A DNA stretch of 64,000 nucleotides from Roseibacillus sp. (lineage in GTDB: Bacteria; Verrucomicrobiota; Verrucomicrobiia; Verrucomicrobiales; Akkermansiaceae). Positions 41,995-50,049 of this stretch are shown here, one piece after another; within the stretch, counting starts at the first letter, position 1; the number at the start of each line of letters is the position of its first letter. Where the stretch lies: positions 256,001 to 320,000 of the forward strand of contig CBDEUM010000030.1 of NCBI GenBank assembly GCA_965242925.1, read 5' to 3'. The translations under genes and the position numbers were made by a program. The notes under the pieces are model-generated. The model was not told where the DNA came from and searched no databases. It was given only the letters and a program-made list of their open reading frames with translations.

Positions 41995-44900
41995 ATGCCG
42001 AGCGATCCGCCGCCCGCGCCCAAGCCCAACCGCAAGCGTAACTTTGCCAGGGGCCTGGAGCGAGCACGCGAACAGGCGGGGCGTGCTGCCACCTCCTTCG
42101 GTGCCTGGCTACGTCTGAAGGCCGGCCCGCAAAGCAAAAAGGCCGCCGTCTTCTGCGGTAAAAGGGCCGTAGCAGCTGGACGCAACCTGAGTGCCCTTGG
42201 CAGATCCTCTGGTATCCGCCTCAAGTCTTCGCTGGCAAGTCTGAAGGGCCTCCCGAAAAAAAACCCAACCGTTCTGCAGGCTGAATTAATGGTGGAGGAT
42301 GATCCTCCCATTCCGCAGCCTCCCATCACGCAGCCACCCATCGCGGAGCCTCCCATCGCGGAGCCTCCCATCGCGGAGCCACCCATCGCAGAGCCTCCCA
42401 TCGCGGAGCCTCCCATCGCGGAGCCTCCCATCGCGGAGCCTCCCATCGCGGAGCCTCCCATCGCGGAGCCTCCCATCGCAGAGCCTCCCATCGCAGAGCC
42501 TCCCATCGCAGAGCCTCCCATCGCGAGAGCCATCCGGAGCCTCCCATCGCAGAGCCTCCCATCGCAGAGCCTCCCATCGCAGAGCCTCCCATCGCAGAGC
42601 CTCGCGGAGCCACCCATCGCAGAGCCGCCCATCGCGGAGCCTCCCATCGCAGAGCCTCCCCGCGGAGCCTCCCATCGCAGAGCCTCCCATCGCAGAGCCT
42701 CCCATCGCAGAGCCTCCCATCGCAGAGCCTCCCATCCCATCGCAGAGCCTCCCATCGCGGAGCCTCCCATCGCAGAGCCATCCCATCGCAGAGCCTCCCA
42801 TCGCAGAGCCTCCCATCGCGGAGCCTCCCATCGCGAGCCACCCATCGCAGAGCCTCCCATCGCAGAGCCTCCCATCGCAGAGCCTCCCATCGCAGAGCCT
42901 CCCATCGCAGAGCCTCCCATCGCAGAGCCTCCCATCGCAGAGCCTCCCATCGCAGAGCCTCCCATCGCGGAACCGCCCATCGCGCATCCTCCGGCGGCAC
43001 CAGATCAACCAGCGCTTGCCGCCAGAGCCGCTTATATTCCGGGTGGAGAGTCTAAATCGCTCTCTCCCCCGACTCTTCCAGTTGCTGCCTTGACGGACAA
43101 ACTGAGCGCCCTTCGTCCCCACCTGAAAAAATTCCTGGAGGATGTTCGCAAGGGATTACTAACCCGCTGGGTCGCCCCGGTGGCCCTTCTTGTCATCGCA
43201 GCTCTCATAGGATTTTCCCTTCTCGGCAAGCTGCGGGAGAAAATCTGGACCTACTACACCGACGACCAGGGCACCCAAGCCGAAGTCAATGAAGAGAAGA
43301 CGCGCTACGTCCTCTGGCAGGATCCCGAATCCCATCTTTTCGAGGAACCAGCCCGCCCTCAAAAGAACAATAAGGATCCCGCTCCACCTTCGCCCAACCT
43401 GCCTGGCGGGAAACTCGAGGCCGCCTTCTCTCCCGACGGCACCCGGATGGTTCTCGTCCGCTGGCAGGCACCGGACTCGAACGCCGACATGTATCTCTCT
43501 AACTGGAACGGCCGAACATGGAGTCGACCCGCCCCCCTCAAGTCGCTTAACACGGAGTCCAATGAACGTGGTCCCGCCTTCTCGCGGGACGGACGCTACC
43601 TTTATTTCAGTTCCGACCGTGAGGGCGGGGCCGGTGGCTACGACCTCTACGTCGCGCTGCCCAACGGCAAGGACTGGAAGGTGCAATCACTCGGCAACGA
43701 TCTCAACTCTCAGGATGACGAGAGCGGACCCGCAGTCTCCTCCGACGACAACAGGATTTACTTCTCTTCCAACCGCTCCGGGGCCCGCGAGGAGGACATC
43801 TTCGTCGCCGAACGCATGGAGCTTGAGACCGAAAAGCAGAAGTTTCCCAGGTTCAGCGAGGCCCAAGCTGTAAAGCACCTCAACTCAAAGGAGCACGATG
43901 TGCAGGCCGCACTCACCAGGCGGGGCGAGCATGTCTTCCTCGCCTCCGACCGCGACAGCCGCGGCAACAGGGGCTACGGAGTCTACTTCAGCCGTGTGGT
44001 GGATGGCAAATCTCTCAAACCCGAAAAGGTTGACCTCTATATCAAGGACGGAAACGTAACCGATCCCGCCGTGCGGATGGATGGCTTCGACCTCGTCTTC
44101 AGCGCGGACCACGAAGCGGACTCCACCGGGGAAGGAACCGACTATCGACTCTACCGCTCCACCACCCGCGAGGTCATCGGCTACACCAACCTCTCCCGCT
44201 GGGAACAGTTCAAGGATCTCCTGGGCACGATCGGCTGGTGGATCTTCCTCGCCCTCGCTGCCCTCATCGCCCTCATCTATCTCCTTGAGAGCTGGCGTGA
44301 CATCACTAGCCTCTTCCACAAGTGCCTGGCCGGGTCGGCGGCTACCCACCTCTTTCTGCTCATCCTCTTCGCTCTCCTCGTGATCGCCAAGGAAATCGAG
44401 CAACAGAGCGATCCGCCGCCCGACGTCCTCGTCAGTATCGATGCCCTCAGTGAAGAGGAACTCGCCCTTGAGAGCATTCCGGAAGAAACCGAGATCACGC
44501 AACCGGACCTTGCCCACCAGGCGGAAAAGGCCGCTGCGAACTTCGATATCCCGGAGTTCAAACCACAGGAGGACGCCCAGGCCGTTCCCATCGACGCCGA
44601 GTTCCAGCAACAGGCCATGGACGTCGAGGTCAAGACCGCGGCCGCCAATCCCACTGAAGATGTCGCGGAACCGACCGAACCCTCCACCCTTCTCAGCGAA
44701 CTCTCCGAGACCGCGCTCCCCGAACCCGATCAACCGGTTCTTGAAGAACTTGAAGTCGCCGAGGTCCCGGAGGCCCCCAATCCCGCGGAAACTGAATTCA
44801 CTCCGGCCGAACCCCTCCCCGCTACCGAACGCAGCGAAACCCAAACTGTTGCGGATACCGCCGTAGCCACCCCGGCCGATGCTGCCGAGATTCAACCCTC

Positions 44901-47900
44901 GGAGACCATCACCGACAGCCCGGCACCCACGCCGCTCGCCGAGGTTGCTCCCGCTCAGGCCGACTCCGACCAGACGGACGCCCCGGAGGCGCTGGAGTCC
45001 GAATTGCTCGCTGCCCTTCCGGAGACCTCCCCCCTGCAGGCCGAACCGGTCGAGTTGGAAGAGAACGATCCCAGCGACAACAACAATCCGGCCAACCCGA
45101 CCCAGGACACCTTTGATCCCGCCAACGCCCTTCCGGCCACCACCAGTAAGGAAGCGCATGCCAACGCTCCCAGCGACTCCCCCGCCGAGAACCAGGCCGA
45201 GGCCTCCGAGGTATCCAACGGAAGCATCGAGACCATCACTGTCGCTGACGGTCCCGCCTCCCCGACGGGAGAGGCTGACAGCGAAAACGAAGCGCCCGAA
45301 TCAGTGACCGACTCCGCCCCGAGCCGGGACCTGCCCGAGTCCGCTCTGGTGGACACCGGCATTCCCCAACTCGAGGAAGGGGACCCTGCCGCCAACAACG
45401 AACCCGCCAATCCGGCCAACGAGGCCTTCAATCCCAGCGAGGCGCTCACTGCCAACCCAAGCGCACCAGCCGAGGGCGAGCCCATCTCAGATGCGGCCGT
45501 GCCGGACCAGGCCGAAATCGCCGAGGTCGGCGGCGGAGAACTGGCCCAGAACCCCGTCCCTGAAGCGGCCTCTCCGGTCGGAGAAGCCCGGGCAGAACAA
45601 TCCGTTCCCGAGGCCCGGATGGAGTCCGACCTCTCCGCCAACCTCCCGGTGACCGCCCTCCTCGATCCCGGCGCTCCACAACTGGACGAGGGCGAGCCCA
45701 ACCCTAACAACGAGCCCGCTAATCCGGCCAACGAGGCCTTCACTCCGGACGGGGCCACGGCTTCAACTGCTACAACTCCAGTAGATGGAGGTCCTATCTC
45801 CGACGCCGCAGTGCCCGACCAGGCTGATGCCGCCGAGGTAACCGGAGGAGCGATGGCCCGGGCCGAACCCTCCACCGGCCCGTCCTCCGCCGTCGGAGAG
45901 GCCCAGGCCGAGGAGTCCGTTCCGCAATCCCAACTTGAATCCGGTCTTTCCAGCAACCTTTCAGAGACCGACCTCCTTGATTCCGGAGCTCCCCGGTTGG
46001 ACGAGGGCGAGAACGAACCGGCCGGCGCTCCAGGCGATGAGAATTTCAAACCGGAATCGTCTTCCGCTCTTGCTTCCAGACAAGGGAGTGAAACGACGAG
46101 CGACACGGCTGAATCCTCCCAGGCTGATGCCACTGAAATCGGCAAGGGTGAACTGACCCCCAGTCAGGCGGAGCAGGGATCGGCCCAGGCCGTGGGAGAA
46201 TCGCAGGCTGAGGACGGGGCCGCCAGCGAACCCTCGGCCCTCGTCGGCAATCTCCCCGATTCCTCTCCCGTCGATCCGGGTGCACCCGCCCTTGAGGAAG
46301 GCCCCGGGAAAGCCGCTGGCGGTGGGGACGAAAGTTTCAAGCCTGACCGCAGCACCGTGACCGCCAAGCAGGGAGCGGAAACCGGAGGCGACTCTGCGGA
46401 GTCCTCCCAGGCCGACTCCTCGGAGGTCGGGCAGGGCGAACTGGCTGCCCGGGAGACCAGTGAAGGCTCCGCCCAGGCCGTGGGCGAAGCTCAAGCCACG
46501 GAAGGCCTGTCCGGCGAACCCTCGCCCCTTGCCGGCAACCTCCCCGAGTCCTCTCTCCTCGATCCGGGCGCGCCCGCCCTTGAGGAAGGCCCCCGGGCCG
46601 CCACCGAGGGCAGCGGCGACGAACCCTTCAAGCCCGGTGGCGGGGCCATGGCCACCAACAAGGCCGCGGATGCCGGAGCCGACAGCGGCTCAGCAGCCAG
46701 CAGCCAGATCGACGCGGAATCCATTTCCGGCAACGGCCTGACGGCCGAAGGTGCCAACCTCACCAACCCTCAAGATGGACTTGAGGCCGGAAGCTCCGAA
46801 ACGGTCACCGACCCAGGAGCGGTGGGCCCCATCAGCCTCGAACCCACTCTCACCGGTTCCCTCCTTCCGGGAAAACTCGAGGCCCCCGCGAATCTCGGCA
46901 CCAGCGATTTCATCAAGAAACAGCGTGGGCGCCCCTCCATGGACATCATCCAGCAACTGGGCGGATCGGACGGGACGGAAAAGGCCATCCGTGCTTCCCT
47001 GCGCTGGCTTGCAGAGAACCAGGAGGAAGATGGCCGCTGGGACTCCAAGAAACATGGTGCCAAGGGCAAATTCGACACCGGAAACGCGGGACTGGCACTC
47101 CTCTGCTTCTTCGGCTGGGGCGCCCGCCATGACCGCGAAGGGGAATACCAGGATCATGTCCAACTGGCCCTCGATTACCTCCTCAAGATCCAGAAAGACA
47201 ATGGCGACCTCAGCGGCCAGGGCCTGATGTACTGCCACTCCATCGCCTCCATCGCCCTGTGTGAGGCCTACGGCATCAGTAGGGACGAACGACTCCGCGA
47301 CCCGGCCGAACGCGCGATTGCCTACACCCTCGCGGCCCAGAGCAAGAGCAGGGGCGGCTGGCGCTACAACCCCGGCGAGGACTCCGACACCTCTATCACC
47401 GGCTGGCAGTATATGGCCCTCCACAGTGCCCGCCTCGCCGGCCTCAAGGTTCCCGAAGAAAACTTTGAGCGCGCCCGCAAATGGCTCGACCAGGCAGGTG
47501 GCGGCAGGCACGGAGGACTCTACGGCTATCAGGGTCCCGGGACGAAATGGCCTGCCATGATCGCCACCGGCATGTTCTGCCGCCAGCTCGATCTCGTCCC
47601 CCCGACCTCCCCGATGCAGATCGAAAGCGCCCGGCAGCTGAAGATGCGTCCGATGAAAACGAGCCGACCGGACTACTACTACATTTACTACGCCACTCTC
47701 GCTCTCTACCAGCACCAGGGATCCATCTGGCAGGACTGGAATGAGAGCCTCAAGGACATCCTCCCCCGGGTGCAGGAGAAGACGGGATCCAATGCAGGCA
47801 GCTGGGACCCGAGCAGCGGACTGGCCCGTAATGGTGGACGAATCACCTCCACCACCCTCGCAACCCTCAGCCTGGAAGTCTACTACCGCATTCTCCCCAT

Positions 47901-47979
47901 CTACGGCTTCCGCGGCAACGAGGACGAGGCTCCCGAACTCAAGGTTAAGGGAGAGGTCGACGAACAGGAGGACGAATAG
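41995..47979 (+). CDS. Giant membrane protein: PPIAE repeats, TM, PD40/TolB-like propeller, 2 TMs, acidic repeats, prenyltransferase/squalene-cyclase alpha/alpha barrel
   Basis: AFSPDG/PAFSRDGRYLYFSSDR PD40 motifs; SAATH in third TM; QEEDGRWD, GGWRY..DTSITGWQYMAL, GSWDP, TLSLEVYYR. Confidence 0.85.
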   Translation: MPSDPPPAPKPNRKRNFARGLERAREQAGRAATSFGAWLRLKAGPQSKKAAVFCGKRAVAAGRNLSALGRSSGIRLKSSLASLKGLPKKNPTVLQAELMVEDDPPIPQPPITQPPIAEPPIAEPPIAEPPIAEPPIAEPPIAEPPIAEPPIAEPPIAEPPIAEPPIAEPPIAEPPIARAIRSLPSQSLPSQSLPSQSLPSQSLAEPPIAEPPIAEPPIAEPPRGASHRRASHRRASHRRASHRRASHPIAEPPIAEPPIAEPSHRRASHRRASHRGASHREPPIAEPPIAEPPIAEPPIAEPPIAEPPIAEPPIAEPPIAEPPIAEPPIAHPPAAPDQPALAARAAYIPGGESKSLSPPTLPVAALTDKLSALRPHLKKFLEDVRKGLLTRWVAPVALLVIAALIGFSLLGKLREKIWTYYTDDQGTQAEVNEEKTRYVLWQDPESHLFEEPARPQKNNKDPAPPSPNLPGGKLEAAFSPDGTRMVLVRWQAPDSNADMYLSNWNGRTWSRPAPLKSLNTESNERGPAFSRDGRYLYFSSDREGGAGGYDLYVALPNGKDWKVQSLGNDLNSQDDESGPAVSSDDNRIYFSSNRSGAREEDIFVAERMELETEKQKFPRFSEAQAVKHLNSKEHDVQAALTRRGEHVFLASDRDSRGNRGYGVYFSRVVDGKSLKPEKVDLYIKDGNVTDPAVRMDGFDLVFSADHEADSTGEGTDYRLYRSTTREVIGYTNLSRWEQFKDLLGTIGWWIFLALAALIALIYLLESWRDITSLFHKCLAGSAATHLFLLILFALLVIAKEIEQQSDPPPDVLVSIDALSEEELALESIPEETEITQPDLAHQAEKAAANFDIPEFKPQEDAQAVPIDAEFQQQAMDVEVKTAAANPTEDVAEPTEPSTLLSELSETALPEPDQPVLEELEVAEVPEAPNPAETEFTPAEPLPATERSETQTVADTAVATPADAAEIQPSETITDSPAPTPLAEVAPAQADSDQTDAPEALESELLAALPETSPLQAEPVELEENDPSDNNNPANPTQDTFDPANALPATTSKEAHANAPSDSPAENQAEASEVSNGSIETITVADGPASPTGEADSENEAPESVTDSAPSRDLPESALVDTGIPQLEEGDPAANNEPANPANEAFNPSEALTANPSAPAEGEPISDAAVPDQAEIAEVGGGELAQNPVPEAASPVGEARAEQSVPEARMESDLSANLPVTALLDPGAPQLDEGEPNPNNEPANPANEAFTPDGATASTATTPVDGGPISDAAVPDQADAAEVTGGAMARAEPSTGPSSAVGEAQAEESVPQSQLESGLSSNLSETDLLDSGAPRLDEGENEPAGAPGDENFKPESSSALASRQGSETTSDTAESSQADATEIGKGELTPSQAEQGSAQAVGESQAEDGAASEPSALVGNLPDSSPVDPGAPALEEGPGKAAGGGDESFKPDRSTVTAKQGAETGGDSAESSQADSSEVGQGELAARETSEGSAQAVGEAQATEGLSGEPSPLAGNLPESSLLDPGAPALEEGPRAATEGSGDEPFKPGGGAMATNKAADAGADSGSAASSQIDAESISGNGLTAEGANLTNPQDGLEAGSSETVTDPGAVGPISLEPTLTGSLLPGKLEAPANLGTSDFIKKQRGRPSMDIIQQLGGSDGTEKAIRASLRWLAENQEEDGRWDSKKHGAKGKFDTGNAGLALLCFFGWGARHDREGEYQDHVQLALDYLLKIQKDNGDLSGQGLMYCHSIASIALCEAYGISRDERLRDPAERAIAYTLAAQSKSRGGWRYNPGEDSDTSITGWQYMALHSARLAGLKVPEENFERARKWLDQAGGGRHGGLYGYQGPGTKWPAMIATGMFCRQLDLVPPTSPMQIESARQLKMRPMKTSRPDYYYIYYATLALYQHQGSIWQDWNESLKDILPRVQEKTGSNAGSWDPSSGLARNGGRITSTTLATLSLEVYYRILPIYGFRGNEDEAPELKVKGEVDEQEDE
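42304..42987 (+). repeat. 15-bp VNTR CCTCCCATCGC(A/G)GAG, ~45 units, with several partial units
   Basis: Directly visible; reads PPIAE, LPSQS or ASHRR depending on frame, no stop in any plus frame. Confidence 0.97.
44720..46700 (+). repeat. Degenerate ~100-aa acidic protein repeats (6-7 copies)
   Basis: Recurrent LP.S.LLDPGAP.L(E/D)EG...(E/D).F.P...DSA...QA(D/E)A.E(V/I)G.GEL pattern. Confidence 0.75.
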
Positions 47980-47984
47980 GGCAC

Positions 47985-48119
47985 TCTCCTGGCCTTGGCT
48001 GGAACTTCCAGTCGACCGCCATTAGGGGTTGCATGCAGTTCAGCAGCGGCAGAGACACCGAGTCCCCGCAGGACATGGCGACGGCTCATGCACCAGTTCT
48101 GGGAAAGAAATTGGGCCAT
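47985..48119 (-). pseudogene. Truncated N-terminal remnant of a DUF1552-like Tat protein
   Basis: MAQFLSQNWCMSRRHVLRGLGVS then, after a frameshift, LPLLNCMQPL; ends at the convergent gene's stop. Confidence 0.55.
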
Positions 48120-48304
48120 TTTAAATTCCTTTCTATCTACGAAGCAGAATGAATTTCCAGCGGAGGGGCTCCGGCGAAGAGTCCTACAACACTCCTTATC
48201 TGCACAGAAATCGTCATATTTTCCATCCTATTTTCAGGGCGCACGCAATCTGCAAGCAAGTGAAAGCAAAGCGCTCCATCGCGCCTGCACCTTCCGACGC
48301 CCCG

Positions 48305-48332
48305 TTGACTTTCGCTTCCAAGACCCTACCCT
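48305..48332 (+). promoter_or_regulatory. Sigma70-like promoter of tRNA gene
   Basis: TTGACT-16 nt-TACCCT, 7 nt before tRNA 5' end. Confidence 0.55.
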
Positions 48333-48339
48333 CCGCCCC

Positions 48340-48433
48340 GGAGAGTGTCGCATGGCTGGTGCTGGCCGCGGTCTTCAAAACCGTTGAAACCTCGCAAGGG
48401 GTCTGGTGGGTTCGATTCCCTCCCTCTCCGCCA
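48340..48433 (+). tRNA. selC: tRNA-Sec (anticodon UCA)
   Basis: GCGGT-CTTCAAA-ACCGT anticodon arm, D-arm with 4-nt TGGT loop, long variable arm with GCAA loop, GGTTCGATTCC T loop, G discriminator and encoded CCA. Confidence 0.92.
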
Positions 48434-48656
48434 CTTTCTTCCCTAGTTTTATAGGTATCGAATCTCAGAGGCACCAATGGGGCACCAACTTTGTCCGCCC
48501 AGGGCAAGCAGAAAACCCCCGGAGCGCGGCGGCGGAAATGAAACGCCACGCCACCGGGGGCGTATCCCTGAAAAAATGTTTACGCCGTGATCCAGTGACC
48601 GGCGAGCCAGTCGAGGAGACAGTGGCGCGGTGCGCCTAGCTTCATGCCCTTGGAGT

Positions 48657-49250
48657 CTATCCCCTGTGTTGCTCGAGCAGGGTCATCATTAAAAGTGCAA
48701 CGAGGATACGGATTTGCTGTTGGGAATCTATTTCTGTAATAGACTCAATGGAGAATTTACCCTCCCAGAGGGCCGGCTTTTTCTTCAGGCGCATGACTGC
48801 GTTGCCATTGGAGTCAGTGATAATGTAGCTCGGGTTGGTGAAGTAGCCGGCAAAGATTCCGATGATGGGGATGCCGGAAAAAAGAGAGTCCAGAAAACGG
48901 ATCAGGACAGATTCCTCACGCACGGTGAACTCTGCAGGTTGAGCGGCATCATTGGGATAAATCTCGTAGTGCGCCCGCCACAGGGAACGCAATCCTTTTC
49001 TCCTGACACCGCCAAACTGGTTTCCCTCAGCATTACTGAAGTTGTAGGCGGCTGACCAGTCGATGACTTTATTAGCCTTGATTTCACAAAGTTTCTTTTC
49101 CTTTGTGTTATCGGTGAATACCTCGACGTGTTCCTTGAGTTTGAAGAGCTTCTGCTTGACGTAGAGCACAGGACTGCCGTCGGCATCGGTGACATAAAGT
49201 TGCGGTGAGGCTGCCAATATTTTCCGGGTGAGTTGTAAGGGATATTTCAT
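48657..49250 (-). CDS. LURP-one/scramblase (tubby C-terminal-like) family protein
   Basis: LYVKQKLFKLKEHVEVF, GGVRRKGLRSLWRAHYEI; repeated beta-strand pattern; visibly AT-richer than core. Confidence 0.65.
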   Translation of the reverse strand: MKYPLQLTRKILAASPQLYVTDADGSPVLYVKQKLFKLKEHVEVFTDNTKEKKLCEIKANKVIDWSAAYNFSNAEGNQFGGVRRKGLRSLWRAHYEIYPNDAAQPAEFTVREESVLIRFLDSLFSGIPIIGIFAGYFTNPSYIITDSNGNAVMRLKKKPALWEGKFSIESITEIDSQQQIRILVALLMMTLLEQHRG

Positions 49251-49568
49251 TTTCTTGATGAAAGGTGAACGGTGATTGCGGTGACGGCGTTGTTAACGAT
49301 CGGATTTCTTTTTGAAGGCATCTAAAACTTTCGCCTGATCAGTGGACGGGGCTTGGTTATGCCGGATTTCTTCTTTGTCGGAAAATCCTTATCCTTCTTG
49401 GCTTCGTTAACCTTCCCCAATCCAAACTCAAGCTCCTTTTCGAGTCCTGCTGCTGCTTCGCCATGTCGCTAAATGAACTAAACCTCGGGGAATAGAGCAA
49501 GAAGCCTCCTTGAAGTGGTTAAACCGAGAAACAAACCGGCAACGGGAGGAAACGCGGAGGGGGAAAGC

Positions 49569-49894
49569 AACCTCACCCCGCCCAGATCCCCGTGGATTTA
49601 ACCAGGGGGGTAATCGGTTGTCCTGGGCTCCACCCCTTTTACAATTTTTCTTCGGGGTGATGTGGCCTTTCGATGGGCTGACGCGCCCGTAGGGTTCCCA
49701 CGCTTGCCGACTGCGCCTGGGGGGTGGTAGTCGCCTTACAAAGGCAGCACCTATTTGTAATAGACTTGTCCGTGATGGGCGCCTTAGGGGCGCGCGTTGT
49801 CTTATAAACGAGTCACCCCGCCCCGATCCGCGTGGGTTGGGTCCGGCCCCCAACAAGCCCCTCTCCTCGCTTGCCCCCTGCGCCTGGGGGGTGG
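49569..49894 (+). repeat. Junction modules A1 (49569-49598), B1 (49701-49729), A2 (49813-49843), B2 (49860-49894)
   Basis: A=TCACCCCGCCC(C/A)GATCC(G/C)CGTGG(A/G)TT; B=CGCTTGCC(GA/CC)CTGCGCCTGGGGGGTGG. Confidence 0.85.
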
Positions 49895-50049
49895 CCGGGT
49901 TCATTTCCAGCCATTCTGGGTTGGGAATGACGCTATGAAAATCTTGGACTGCCCTCGTCGCTTCTTCGTGTCCACCCGGTTTTGATGGTGATCGGAAGGC
50001 CTTCCCTCATAGTCACCGCTACGCAGGGCTACGATAACTGCGCCAAGAC

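Noticed and set aside
42304..42987. CRISPR array
   Set aside because: Head-to-tail 15-bp units with no unique spacers, inside a CDS, and no cas genes
41778..43122. Long minus-strand and alternate-frame ORFs (MGGSA, WEALR, DGRLC repeats)
   Set aside because: Artefacts of a stop-free tandem repeat
45983..47979. Squalene-hopene cyclase
   Set aside because: Only a single barrel with QW-like repeats and no DXDD catalytic motif
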